A DNA stretch of 64,000 nucleotides from an uncultured virus (IMG/VR IMGVR_UViG_2791355422_000001) (IMGVR_UViG_2791355422_000001), one strand, 5' to 3'; shown: positions 37,699-47,172, counted from the stretch's first letter. Notes: a model not told the origin generated them from the sequence alone. Translations and numbers: made by a program.

Positions 37699-37887
37699 AT
37701 GCGTGTCCTCGACCTCGCCGCGATACCGCCTGCCGGTGCCGCTACCTACGGCACGATCGTCGCCCTTCAGCACGCCGGGATGTCGGAGCGGCCCGCGCAC
37801 GCTCTCGGAGCCGTCGCGATCATCCTCTACCTCGCGCTGCTGACCACGCTCATCGACCGCGTGACCACACGCCGGACTGGGGCGTGA
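37699..37887 (+). CDS. Small membrane protein
   Basis: Two hydrophobic segments. Confidence 0.6.
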   Translation: MRVLDLAAIPPAGAATYGTIVALQHAGMSERPAHALGAVAIILYLALLTTLIDRVTTRRTGA

Positions 37888-37888
37888 C

Positions 37889-38104
37889 ATGCGCTTCCTC
37901 GGCTTCATGACCCGGCTCTACTCGCTCGGCCCCGCGCTTCTGATCGTCGGCTCGTCTATCGGGGTCGCCCTCGTGGCAGACCTGGCGGCACGGACAGCGG
38001 GAGCCCCCGACCTGATCGCCAAGGCCATCGGCCTTTTCGCGTCCGTCATCACCGCCTGCGGGGTCGCCGTACTCATCAACCGCCGCACCGCCGTGCGCGA
38101 CTGA
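37889..38104 (+). CDS. Small membrane protein
   Basis: Two hydrophobic segments. Confidence 0.65.
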   Translation: MRFLGFMTRLYSLGPALLIVGSSIGVALVADLAARTAGAPDLIAKAIGLFASVITACGVAVLINRRTAVRD

Positions 38105-38119
38105 ACCCCTGAAAGGACC

Positions 38120-39463
38120 TTGCACGTCATGACCGTCAGCCCGCCCCAGACGAACGGCCACAAGCGGCCGACCATGCCCGTGTTCGGGGACTGGCGGCCC
38201 ATCACAGCCACCCCCGAGCCCGCCGAGGAACAGAGCATCCGCGAACCGGCCGCCGACAGCACGCCGGACGAGGTCGTCTCAGCCCAGGCCGAGGTCATTC
38301 GCGCGCAGGCCTGGGCCGATGCCGAAGGGCGCCGCATCAAGGCCGAGGCGGAAGCCGAAGCCATCAGGATCAAGGGGACGGAGGAGGCGCGCAAGCTGCG
38401 GCTGGCCAACGACAAGGCCGAACGGCGAGCCGCCGAAGATGCGGCTGCCAGCCAGGCCCGCATCGCCGAGCTCCATCGCAAGCGCGACGACACCGAACGC
38501 GCCCGCGAGGACGCTGCCCGGCAGGCCCAGGAGCAGCAGCGAGCCGAGGCCCAGACGGCCGACGAGGTCAAGGATGCTGACGCCAAGTGGCGCTCCTATG
38601 CGATCAAGTTCGCGGTCGTGTGCGGCATCGTGTCGCTGCCCGTGCAGATGTCGTTCTTCTGGAACCCGCGCGCGCCCTGGATGGCCGCCACCCCCGTCAT
38701 GCTCGAAGGCGCCGCATGGGTCGTCCACCGCGGGGCGCGAGCTGCCGCCGTGAGCAAGCGGCCGGTGTGGCACTACCGCACGATCGTCTGGTTCCTCGCC
38801 TCCGTTGCGGCGGGCGTCAACCTGTACCACGGGCTGCATGCGTTCGACGCGGGCACGGCCATTGCGACCGCGTTTGCTTCTGTCGCCGGCCCCGGCGTGT
38901 GGGATCTCCACGAGCACGGCCGCATCCGCAAGCGCGACGGCACACTGACACGACGCGAGCGGAAGGCGCAGGAGAAGGCCGCCAAGGCCGCAGCCAAACA
39001 GCAAGCGGCCGAGGAAGCCCGGCGGGTCGCCGAGAAGGAGGCCGCCGAGGAAGCTGCCGCCGAAGCCGCGACCCAGCTGGCCGCACGGCGGGCGAAGCAG
39101 TTCCCGAAGGTGTGGGAGCACGCGGAAAAGCTCGCCACAGACCTCGGCGAGACCGAAGTGACCCAGGCGATCTGGGAGCGCGCCAAGCTCGACGTCGAAG
39201 GCGCCAAGCCCGGCGAATCCGCCGACATCTACCGCATGCGCAACGCCGCCGAATCGAGGGTCGCAGCGGCCCGCGAGAAGCGCCCCGTAAACGGATCATC
39301 GGCGCAGGCCGCATCGCAAGTGCCCGGGAGCAAGCGGAAGCGCATCTACAACCCGCCCGCGCGCCGCGGAGTACGCCGACCGGGAGACGTCACCTACACC
39401 CCGGGTGCCCGCCGCCAAGCCTCCATCGCAGCACGCAACGCCGCCTCGAAGAAGAAGGACTGA
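38120..39463 (+). CDS. SpdB2/DUF2637-like membrane coiled-coil transfer protein
   Basis: Coiled coil, ~4 TM segments, coiled coil; directly upstream of TraB. Confidence 0.7.
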   Translation: MHVMTVSPPQTNGHKRPTMPVFGDWRPITATPEPAEEQSIREPAADSTPDEVVSAQAEVIRAQAWADAEGRRIKAEAEAEAIRIKGTEEARKLRLANDKAERRAAEDAAASQARIAELHRKRDDTERAREDAARQAQEQQRAEAQTADEVKDADAKWRSYAIKFAVVCGIVSLPVQMSFFWNPRAPWMAATPVMLEGAAWVVHRGARAAAVSKRPVWHYRTIVWFLASVAAGVNLYHGLHAFDAGTAIATAFASVAGPGVWDLHEHGRIRKRDGTLTRRERKAQEKAAKAAAKQQAAEEARRVAEKEAAEEAAAEAATQLAARRAKQFPKVWEHAEKLATDLGETEVTQAIWERAKLDVEGAKPGESADIYRMRNAAESRVAAAREKRPVNGSSAQAASQVPGSKRKRIYNPPARRGVRRPGDVTYTPGARRQASIAARNAASKKKD

Positions 39464-39471
39464 GACCCGTC

Positions 39472-41565
39472 ATGGCCACCCCGCTGAAGGACGCGCGCCC
39501 GCCGCTGACGCTCGTGAAGAACGCCCCCGCGGCGCCAGCTCCGCTCGTCGTCGAGAAGCGCCCGCGGGCCGCCTGGATCATGTCCCGCACGGAGCTGCGC
39601 CAGCGGATCGTGTACACGTGGGACAACGCCGTCGACTGGTGCATCCACCACGCCACGCACTCGCCGTACTACCTGGGCTGGTCGGTGCGCGGCTACCGGC
39701 GCCTGTGCCTGTTCTGGTGGAAGGGCCACCACGACGGCTACCGGCAGCAGATCAAGACAGCGAAGCTGATGCTGAAGCAGGCCGAGCAGCTGCCGCGCGG
39801 CGAGGCGCGGGCGGCGGCCGAGGCGAAGGCGCGGGCGATCCTGGACGTGCGCCGCGCCGAGTACCGGGCGCACAAGAAGAAGTACTGGATCCGCACCGGC
39901 ATCAGCGGTTTCACGGCCGCCGTCGGCGTGACGGTCGGCGTCACGGCCGGGGCCTGGTGGGTGCAGGCGCTGATGGTGATCGCCGCCATCTGCACCGGCG
40001 CCTACTTCGGCCGGCCCGACGAGCCCGTCGTCCAGCCGGTCCAGGCGCCCACCCGCACCTCGCACCTCGGCGAGGAGACCATGCGGCGGGTCCTCGTCGA
40101 GGCCGGTGCCGTCCCGGAGAAGCGGGGCGAGGAGATCCGCGGCGTCGGCATCCCGCACACGGAGGGCCCCGGCATTGCCTATGCGGTACACCTCCCGTCC
40201 GGCATCCCTGCCGCTGTGGCGGTAGCGAAGAAACAGCAGATCGCGGCTGCGATGGCCGTCCACTCCGATTGGCTTGACCTTGGCGTCGGCAGTGTCGAAA
40301 CGCTGCTGCTGGTCTGGGTGGCCAGCGAAGACCCGTTCGGTGTCGTCCGCCCGTCGCCCCTGCTCGACCACAAGGGGCCGACCAACACGTTCCTCGACGG
40401 CGTCCCCGTCGCCTTCGGCAAGCGCGGGAACCCGATCATCCTGCACGTCCGGGACACCAGCCTGATCGTTGGCGGAGCCACCCGTCGCGGAAAGGGCATG
40501 CTGCTCGCCAACATCCTCATCGGAGCTGCCAAGGACCCATGGGTCAACATCCGCATCTTCGACGGCAAGGGTGCCGCCGAGCACAACCCCTACGCGCCGA
40601 TCATGGCGACGTTCGTCAAGCGCAACCCCGAACGGCTCGCCATAGCCAGCCGCATCATCAAGGACGAAGTCGACCGCCGCTCCGACCTCCTCGACGACCA
40701 TGGCCACGAGAAGATCGACGACGACAACTACGAGGAGGTCATGAAGCTCCTCGGCGGTCGAGAGGTCTTCATCTGCGATGAACTCGCCACCTATACCCCT
40801 AGGGGAACCAGCCCCTGGGACGACGAGATCACCGAGAACCTCTCCCAGATCGCCGCCGTAGGCGCTGCCGTGGGGGTGCTGCTGATCAGCCTCACACAGG
40901 TGCCCGAGGTCGCCGTCATCCGCGGTCGGCTCCGTCAGAACCATGTGGGTCGGGCCGCCATGAACACCGAATCCGGCACCGCTTCGAACACGATCCTCGG
41001 CGACGGCATGACCGGCCAGGGCTACGACGCTTCGAAGATCCCCCTTGACCAGCCGGGCCGCTTCTGGCTCGCCACCCCAGAGACCGGTGTCATTCAGGGG
41101 CGCTCCTACCTGGTGAAGCCCGACGACAAGCGCAAGGTAGTTGCCGAGGCCTACAGCATCCGTAAAGTCGCCGGGCGACTGCCAGGTCAGTGGCGCGACC
41201 TGATCGAGGAGCAGCTCCTTGATGAGACCGGAGTCTCGTCAGTTGCGGGCGGCCAGGGCGGCAAGGGGCGCATTGGTTCCGCTCCGATCGCGCTGACCCT
41301 GCTTGATCATCTCATTGACGCTGCTGCGGCAACCGGACGAGGTGAGGCGACCCGCGCCGAGGTGTTCGCACACCTCGCGACGGTTGATCAGCGGTACGGC
41401 TACCGCGTGGATGAGACCGACGCGCAGTACAACTCGCGGGTCGGCAAGCTCCTGGCCGCCGCTATGGCCGCCGAAGGCCTCGACATCAAGGCCGTGAAGG
41501 TCTCGACGGCCGAGGGCAAAGAGTCTCGGGGGTTCAGGCTCGGCGACCTCACTGCCGCCCAATAA
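39472..41565 (+). CDS. traB: FtsK/SpoIIIE-family conjugative translocase, TraB-like
   Basis: N-terminal TMs, Walker A GATRRGKG, DGKG, Walker B FICDEL, C-terminal wHTH ending GFRLGDL. Confidence 0.85.
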   Translation: MATPLKDARPPLTLVKNAPAAPAPLVVEKRPRAAWIMSRTELRQRIVYTWDNAVDWCIHHATHSPYYLGWSVRGYRRLCLFWWKGHHDGYRQQIKTAKLMLKQAEQLPRGEARAAAEAKARAILDVRRAEYRAHKKKYWIRTGISGFTAAVGVTVGVTAGAWWVQALMVIAAICTGAYFGRPDEPVVQPVQAPTRTSHLGEETMRRVLVEAGAVPEKRGEEIRGVGIPHTEGPGIAYAVHLPSGIPAAVAVAKKQQIAAAMAVHSDWLDLGVGSVETLLLVWVASEDPFGVVRPSPLLDHKGPTNTFLDGVPVAFGKRGNPIILHVRDTSLIVGGATRRGKGMLLANILIGAAKDPWVNIRIFDGKGAAEHNPYAPIMATFVKRNPERLAIASRIIKDEVDRRSDLLDDHGHEKIDDDNYEEVMKLLGGREVFICDELATYTPRGTSPWDDEITENLSQIAAVGAAVGVLLISLTQVPEVAVIRGRLRQNHVGRAAMNTESGTASNTILGDGMTGQGYDASKIPLDQPGRFWLATPETGVIQGRSYLVKPDDKRKVVAEAYSIRKVAGRLPGQWRDLIEEQLLDETGVSSVAGGQGGKGRIGSAPIALTLLDHLIDAAAATGRGEATRAEVFAHLATVDQRYGYRVDETDAQYNSRVGKLLAAAMAAEGLDIKAVKVSTAEGKESRGFRLGDLTAAQ

Positions 41566-41574
41566 GTCCCCTTT

Positions 41575-41721
41575 GACCCTGTCCGGTGCGGGCGATATGG
41601 GGTAGTTCATCCAATCCTGCACCCTGTTCCGGCCGTGCCCGTACCGGGGCAGGGTCTGCCGGGACAGCGCCCGTCGCCGGGCACTGTCCCGGCAGGGTCC
41701 GACCTGCGAAAACGCAGGGTC
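41575..41721. repeat. clt/TRS-like 8-bp repeats
   Basis: GACCCTGT, CACCCTGT and 3 x GCAGGGTC (=GACCCTGC) plus hairpins after traB. Confidence 0.5.
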
Positions 41722-41774
41722 CGGGCACGTCCAAGGTCACGGTCGAAGGCTTAGTACAGGACAGAGGGAAGTGC

Positions 41775-42434
41775 ATGATCAGCAACCACGCGAGCCGCTG
41801 GGTCTATCTCATCGGCTCCGCTCTGAGCCGGCCGGTGAAGATCGGCGTGACGGGTAACGTCCAGGGCCGACTCGACGAGCTCCGCACTGGGTCCCCAGTC
41901 CCGCTTCACGTCATGTGGAAGACGAAGGGCGACCGCGATCTGGAGTACAGCCTGCACGAGTACTTCGCCCCCTATCGCATCCACGGCGAGTGGTTCGACT
42001 TCGGCGACGAAGATCCGTCCGCGCTCGTTGCGACCGCCGCCGTACTCATGGGGCACCTGACCCACCCGCAGCGCGTGTCCGAGCGGAGTCGACTCCGGGT
42101 CGTCCACAACATCCTACGAGCAGACGAGACAACGGTGATCGGCCACCTGATCGACGCCGCATCCGCGACAGGCGCGGAAGTCGTGAGCAACGCCCAAGCG
42201 TTCGCCTACCTGGCCACCGTCATCCCCGCCTACACACGCTCGGAGGGGGAGGGCGAGTCTCAGTACAGCTCGCGCGTCGGATCGCGACTGGCCAAGGCGC
42301 TAAGGGAGGAACGCATCGATCTGCGCCCCGTGAAGGTGTCGCTGCCAAACGGCAAACGCGTCATGGGCTACCGACTCGCCGATCTCAAGCGAGCCCTCGC
42401 CGAACGGTACGAACGCCGGGGGAGGCGCCCCTGA
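41775..42434 (+). CDS. GIY-YIG (T5orf172/MUG113-like) nuclease fused to TraB-like C-terminal domain
   Basis: VYLI..VKIGVT..RL..L.TGSP..E..LH..F..GEWF; C-terminus aligns with TraB tail. Confidence 0.8.
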   Translation: MISNHASRWVYLIGSALSRPVKIGVTGNVQGRLDELRTGSPVPLHVMWKTKGDRDLEYSLHEYFAPYRIHGEWFDFGDEDPSALVATAAVLMGHLTHPQRVSERSRLRVVHNILRADETTVIGHLIDAASATGAEVVSNAQAFAYLATVIPAYTRSEGEGESQYSSRVGSRLAKALREERIDLRPVKVSLPNGKRVMGYRLADLKRALAERYERRGRRP

Positions 42435-43078
42435 TGCTCACCGTCAAGATCCAGCAGATGACGATCGACGGGCACCCCTACGAGTGCCCCGAGTGCGGCT
42501 CCGAGGCCTTCTCTCTCGACGGCACCGGGTTCATCGATGCGCTGCCTGTCCGCGGGAACTGCTGGCAGTCCCACAGCTGGGAAGAGCCGCTCATCACGCT
42601 CGGAGCCCTCCGCCAGATCCGCGCATCGAGCACCGGCCGCGAACGGGCCACGGACACCGACACGTTCGAGATCACCGTCGGCGGTGCGGTCCTCGCCGGA
42701 ACCCTCCACCCGGAGGTCACCGCCGACGACCTCAAGCAGGCGGGCCGCGTGTACTGGCGGCGGATCGCCAAGCCGGCCGCGCGCCGGAAGAAGCGCGAGG
42801 CCGTGCGCGCCGTGACGCAGCCCGTCAGGAAGGCGGCGAAGAAGGCGACTCGCGCTGTCGCCGGGGCTGCTGACGAGGCGGTCGCTACCGCCAAGGCCGC
42901 GGCCGTCGGGGCGGCCTGGAGTCTGCAGACCGGCGAGCCCGACCCGGACTACACGCCTGAACCGATCAACCCGTGCGGGGCCTGCAGGGGCAAAGGCGAA
43001 TTCAAGATCGACTCCCACCTGCACGACGCAACGACCGTCCGCTGCTCCGTTTGCTTCGGCATCGGCGAAATCGACTAG
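42434..43078 (+). CDS. Zn-finger hypothetical protein
   Basis: CPEC; CGACRGKG..CSVCFGIG. Confidence 0.7.
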   Translation: MLTVKIQQMTIDGHPYECPECGSEAFSLDGTGFIDALPVRGNCWQSHSWEEPLITLGALRQIRASSTGRERATDTDTFEITVGGAVLAGTLHPEVTADDLKQAGRVYWRRIAKPAARRKKREAVRAVTQPVRKAAKKATRAVAGAADEAVATAKAAAVGAAWSLQTGEPDPDYTPEPINPCGACRGKGEFKIDSHLHDATTVRCSVCFGIGEID

Positions 43079-43088
43079 GAGACCCGTC

Positions 43089-43589
43089 ATGTCCAGCCCG
43101 CTGCCCGAGCGGCCCCCGATCCACGCCGCACCGGCGACTGGACAGGCCGCCCTCTCCGACGCGGTCATCGAAGCCGCCATCGCCAACGCCATCGAGCAGG
43201 CCAAACGCCACGGCACCAGCCCGCAGGCCGTCATCGGCACCACCCCGCCCGTCGCCCAGCCCGGCATCCCGCCCATGACGTTTCGCGAGACCCAGATCGG
43301 CCGCGTGGCCCTCTATGGCGGCGCGGGGGTCAGCCTGCCGATTCTGGCCGGCGCGGTCTTCATGGTCGCCACAGAGCACGCGAACCCTGCAGTCATTGCC
43401 TGGGGAGTAGGCGGCATCACCGCCCTGTCCCTGCTGGTCGCCACCTTCGGTTACCTCGTCAAGCGCATCGTCGCCGCCGCCTCGCCGCCCGAGGTCCACA
43501 ACCACATTGCGGGCGACGTCTACCAGGACCAGCGCCAGACCCACAGCAAGAACATCGGCATCAACGCCAAGACCAACAACCAGCAGTGA
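43089..43589 (+). CDS. Two-TM protein, SpdD-like context
   Basis: Pro-rich N-terminus, 2 TM, VHNHIAGDVYQD tail. Confidence 0.65.
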   Translation: MSSPLPERPPIHAAPATGQAALSDAVIEAAIANAIEQAKRHGTSPQAVIGTTPPVAQPGIPPMTFRETQIGRVALYGGAGVSLPILAGAVFMVATEHANPAVIAWGVGGITALSLLVATFGYLVKRIVAAASPPEVHNHIAGDVYQDQRQTHSKNIGINAKTNNQQ

Positions 43590-43600
43590 AGGGAAACGAC

Positions 43601-43882
43601 ATGATCACCGAAACGATCGACACCACCGAACTGCAGCAGCAGGCGGTGTACCTGCTCGTCCAGTCGAAGATGGCCGACCGGGCGGGCGCGAACCCGGCCG
43701 AGTGCCCCGTGCACCGGAAGGCGCGGGCGGCCGTGGAGGCGGCCGTCGCCGCCGGGGCATCCCACACCGACATCCACCGCGAGGCCGGCATCCAGGAAGC
43801 TATCCACGTCCTGTCGTGCCAGCTGCCCGGCTACGAGCCGGCCATCGACTACGACGGCACCCGTTACGGGGTCGCGGCCTGA
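43601..43882 (+). CDS. Hypothetical protein
   Basis: RBS + ATG. Confidence 0.6.
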   Translation: MITETIDTTELQQQAVYLLVQSKMADRAGANPAECPVHRKARAAVEAAVAAGASHTDIHREAGIQEAIHVLSCQLPGYEPAIDYDGTRYGVAA

Positions 43883-43893
43883 GAGGAGACGAC

Positions 43894-43989
43894 ATGGACA
43901 ACGAGTGCCAGCTCTGCGGAGCACCCGGCGGATACCCGTACTGCAACGCCGCTTGCGAGGCCGCCGACAACCCTGAAGAAGAGGATTGA
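43894..43989 (+). CDS. 31-aa 4-Cys peptide
   Basis: GAGGAG RBS; CQLC..YCNAAC. Confidence 0.45.
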   Translation: MDNECQLCGAPGGYPYCNAACEAADNPEEED

Positions 43990-44059
43990 TCTGCATGCGC
44001 TCAACCGGCCCCGCCGCCAACTACGGCTACGAGCCGCAAGCCGCCTGACCCACACGAGC

Positions 44060-44092
44060 GCGCCCCCGGCAAGGATCAGTTGCCGGGGGCGC
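44060..44092 (+). terminator. Hairpin ending transfer operon
   Basis: GCGCCCCCGGCAA..TTGCCGGGGGCGC. Confidence 0.65.
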
Positions 44093-44125
44093 CGTGTTGA
44101 GCGTATAGGTGCGGTGAGGAAACGT

Positions 44126-44163
44126 GTCGCCCCCTCACCTGCCCCAGCAGGTGAGGGGGCGAC
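44126..44163 (-). terminator. Hairpin ending nuclease-immunity operon
   Basis: GTCGCCCCCTCACCTGC..GCAGGTGAGGGGGCGAC. Confidence 0.65.
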
Positions 44164-44172
44164 GTTCGATGC

Positions 44173-44640
44173 TCAGTCGTTGAGCGGCCAGACTTGCAGC
44201 AGCCATTCCTCGACGCCCTCGTAGTAGAGGTCCTTGCCGATGAGGGCTCGGGCTTCGGCCCGTCCCTTGCAGTAGGCCCTCACTCGATGGCGCCCGGTCG
44301 ACCCGGTGGCGATTGGCCCTTCGACGAGGCCGCGATCCCATTCGCGGACGTACAGGTTGCCCGTCTCGCTTACGAAATCGGCCTCCGAGGTCGACTCCCA
44401 GGCACCGGCTTCCTGTTGCGGGGGTTCTGCGGACCAGGCTTCGATGCGGACGAGAGGATGAAAGTCGTTGCCTCCCGAGCCGAGGAGGACGCCGCGTCCG
44501 GCGCCGGCTGCGAAGTGCGCATCGTCCGGCCAGCCTTCTGGCGTGTCGATGCGGCCGTCCTCGTCCAGCAGCATGAAGTGCCGGTACTCGACGCAGGGCT
44601 TGGCTTCCTCTACGACGGCGAGCAAGCGGGATGTAACCAT
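44173..44640 (-). CDS. Putative immunity protein
   Basis: Acidic 155 aa protein downstream of secreted nuclease; ends EEWLLQVWP. Confidence 0.6.
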   Translation of the reverse strand: MVTSRLLAVVEEAKPCVEYRHFMLLDEDGRIDTPEGWPDDAHFAAGAGRGVLLGSGGNDFHPLVRIEAWSAEPPQQEAGAWESTSEADFVSETGNLYVREWDRGLVEGPIATGSTGRHRVRAYCKGRAEARALIGKDLYYEGVEEWLLQVWPLND

Positions 44641-44697
44641 GCGCCAATCCTTCCAGTACCGGTGCGAACCCTTGACGCGAGCAGGGGGAAACTGACG

Positions 44698-46005
44698 TCA
44701 GTCGACTACGAGGACATAGAACGGGTCGCCGTCGATGACACGTTGACGATCATAGAATTGACCCAGCCTGGTTCCTCCGCGGCCGTTGTCTTCGGCATCC
44801 AAAGCGCGGGCCGAGTAGTTGTCGTCGCCGGTTGCGGCCCCTTGGGCCGTGGACTGGAACGGGTACTCGTCACATTCCAAGCCATGCTGCGCGTAGTCTG
44901 CTCCGAAGTTCTCCTTGCACGTCTCCACGGCCTTGCGATGGTTCGCCCTGCGCAGCGACTTGTTATGGAAAACGCGCGTCAGGGGCCTGCCGCTGGTAGG
45001 CGATCCAGGCACAGCCTTGTCGTCCTTCTTCGGGAACGTGAGGTACGGCGCGGACTGAGCGTCGTAAATATGCGCCGCTGTCTGGTTCACCTCAGGATCG
45101 GTTCGGACCATGTCGTAGAAGAGCTCGGTAGTCTTGTCGTACACGCAACCCTTGTGTGATCCCGCATGGGTGGCCGAGTCGCAGCGGAATCCGTTCTTGC
45201 CGGTGGTAACGGGCTTGGTCTCGCCGCCATCCAGCGTCGAGGTGGCCTTGAAGTCGTGCCAGCTGACCTTGTCCTGGTTGACAGCCCCTGTCTCCGGAGA
45301 CGAGAGCGTGAAGAACGCGGTCCGCTGGGACAGCCACTTCTCGATCGACTGGCTCTGCTTGTTCTGCGGGTCCCCCTTGCACTTGGAGCCTGTCGACTTG
45401 GTGCACTTCATGTCCAGGGTGACGACGCGCTTCCGGAAGGCGGGGGTGCCTTTGATCGCCATGGCCTCGATGTTGGAGACGAACTGGACACTGCGTGTGC
45501 CCGGCTTCACGGTGCCCAAGGTGTTGAGGCGGTACTGGAAGTACTCCTTCTCTTGGCACCTGACTCCTGTGCAGACGGTGACCCCGAGCTTGTAGATGCC
45601 GGTCTTGCACCAGAAGTTGTGGTCCAGGACCCAGCCCTCTGGGCGATCCGCGCTGTCCATGGTCTTGCACTCAGTCGCGCTGACCGGGGGATAGGCGCGG
45701 GCTGCCGGCTGCTGCGGCCCCTCAGGAGCGGCAGTGCTCCGGAGTTTCTTCGCGGCCTTGGCCCGCTCCAGCATCTCTTCGGGTGTTTCCTTCGGCGCCT
45801 GGTCCGCGCGGCGTTCCGCGGGTGAGGCGCCAGGAGCGAGATGCGCCCTGGGCGCATCGCTCGCCGGGGTGCTCGGTTCGGTGATCTCTTCGTGGGTGAC
45901 TATCTCGTATGTCTCGGGATCATCTGCCGATGCTGTTGCCCCGCTGATTCCGCCGGCGATGACGGTGAGCATCGTGGCGACAGTGGCGACTCGTCTGAGT
46001 CTCAA
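44698..46005 (-). CDS. Secreted NucA/NucB-type deoxyribonuclease
   Basis: Signal peptide (..ATASA|DD); ECDEYPFQST..DN..GG..FY..DGDPFYV. Confidence 0.85.
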   Translation of the reverse strand: MRLRRVATVATMLTVIAGGISGATASADDPETYEIVTHEEITEPSTPASDAPRAHLAPGASPAERRADQAPKETPEEMLERAKAAKKLRSTAAPEGPQQPAARAYPPVSATECKTMDSADRPEGWVLDHNFWCKTGIYKLGVTVCTGVRCQEKEYFQYRLNTLGTVKPGTRSVQFVSNIEAMAIKGTPAFRKRVVTLDMKCTKSTGSKCKGDPQNKQSQSIEKWLSQRTAFFTLSSPETGAVNQDKVSWHDFKATSTLDGGETKPVTTGKNGFRCDSATHAGSHKGCVYDKTTELFYDMVRTDPEVNQTAAHIYDAQSAPYLTFPKKDDKAVPGSPTSGRPLTRVFHNKSLRRANHRKAVETCKENFGADYAQHGLECDEYPFQSTAQGAATGDDNYSARALDAEDNGRGGTRLGQFYDRQRVIDGDPFYVLVVD

Positions 46006-46455
46006 AGCTCTCTCCCCTGTGAACCTGAAAGCGCACGCTTTCTCCCCCGGCGCATGCCTGATAGCCGAGCGCTCAGGTGCGGCGCTCAGCTGTCGAAACT
46101 TGATCACATCGGTCACAGTGGGGTCAAAGGAACTTCACAGCTTTGGCGAGTTCGGGATGCCGCGATTCTCTCCGTGGCAACTGCCGAGGGCGCCCGGTAG
46201 GCCTGAACGCGCCCTGCGGAAAGGCTGGATACCTCTGCCGCGGATGCCCCGGCCGGCCGGTCCGAGCGCCATCGCTGGAGAATGTCCGCGACCTATGCGC
46301 CGAAGCCAGCCAGAGGGCGCCGCATCGAGCCCCAGCCTCGCCGACAGGGCTGGGGCTCACGCATTCGAGTGTGCCATTGGCCCACCCCTGTCAACCTCTC
46401 GTGCACAATTGGCTCAAGTCTCACCCTGCTTCCCGCGCCACCCGAGGAGCCTGCC

Positions 46456-47172
46456 GTGCACGACCACCCCACCGACCTCGACGAATACTCCTGGCCGACC
46501 TGTATAGCCCCGCGATGCGGGCGTCAGCTTTGGGTCGCCGAGACGGGCCGGCTGGCCTGCCGGCCGTGCGAGGACGCCACCGCCGCCCGCATCCGTGAAC
46601 TGCCGGCCCTGTTCGCCCGGTTGGATCGGACGGCGACGCTGATGAAGGGCGCCCGCCGGTCGGGTGCTGCCGCGTCCGGCAGCCGTACCCCGCCGATCCC
46701 GCCCCGCCTCGACGTCCTCGCCCTCGTCGGCCCCGGCGGTGTCGCGGCCCGGCTGCGGGACATCGAGGACGCCTGGCGCAGCGCGCTCGGCTGGACCGTC
46801 GCCCCGTGGTGCGGCTCGGCCGCACAGGCGATCCCTCAGCATGTCGAGTTCCTCGGCAACAACCTCCTCTGGGCGTGCAGCTCCTACGAGTCCGTCGGGC
46901 AGGACATCGATGAGCTCCGCCGCCTGCACGGGGAGATGACGGCGCTCGCCACCGGCAAGCAGCGCCACGGGCGCGTCCCAACCGGCCTCTGCCCTACCCC
47001 CGTCGGCGACGCGTGGTGCGGAACCCAGTTGACCGCCACCGCCGATAGTCACCGCATCCGCTGCGGGACATGCGGGGCCCGGTGGGAGACCCTGGGGGAG
47101 TGGCGGACGCTACGGGCCGCGCAGGAAGCTGTAGCCGAGGAACAAGCACGCCGCACCGCAGCCGCGGCGTAA
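46456..47172 (+). CDS. Cys-rich protein, paralogue of 23199-23849
   Basis: Shared motifs; GAGGAG + GTG. Confidence 0.8.
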   Translation: MHDHPTDLDEYSWPTCIAPRCGRQLWVAETGRLACRPCEDATAARIRELPALFARLDRTATLMKGARRSGAAASGSRTPPIPPRLDVLALVGPGGVAARLRDIEDAWRSALGWTVAPWCGSAAQAIPQHVEFLGNNLLWACSSYESVGQDIDELRRLHGEMTALATGKQRHGRVPTGLCPTPVGDAWCGTQLTATADSHRIRCGTCGARWETLGEWRTLRAAQEAVAEEQARRTAAAA

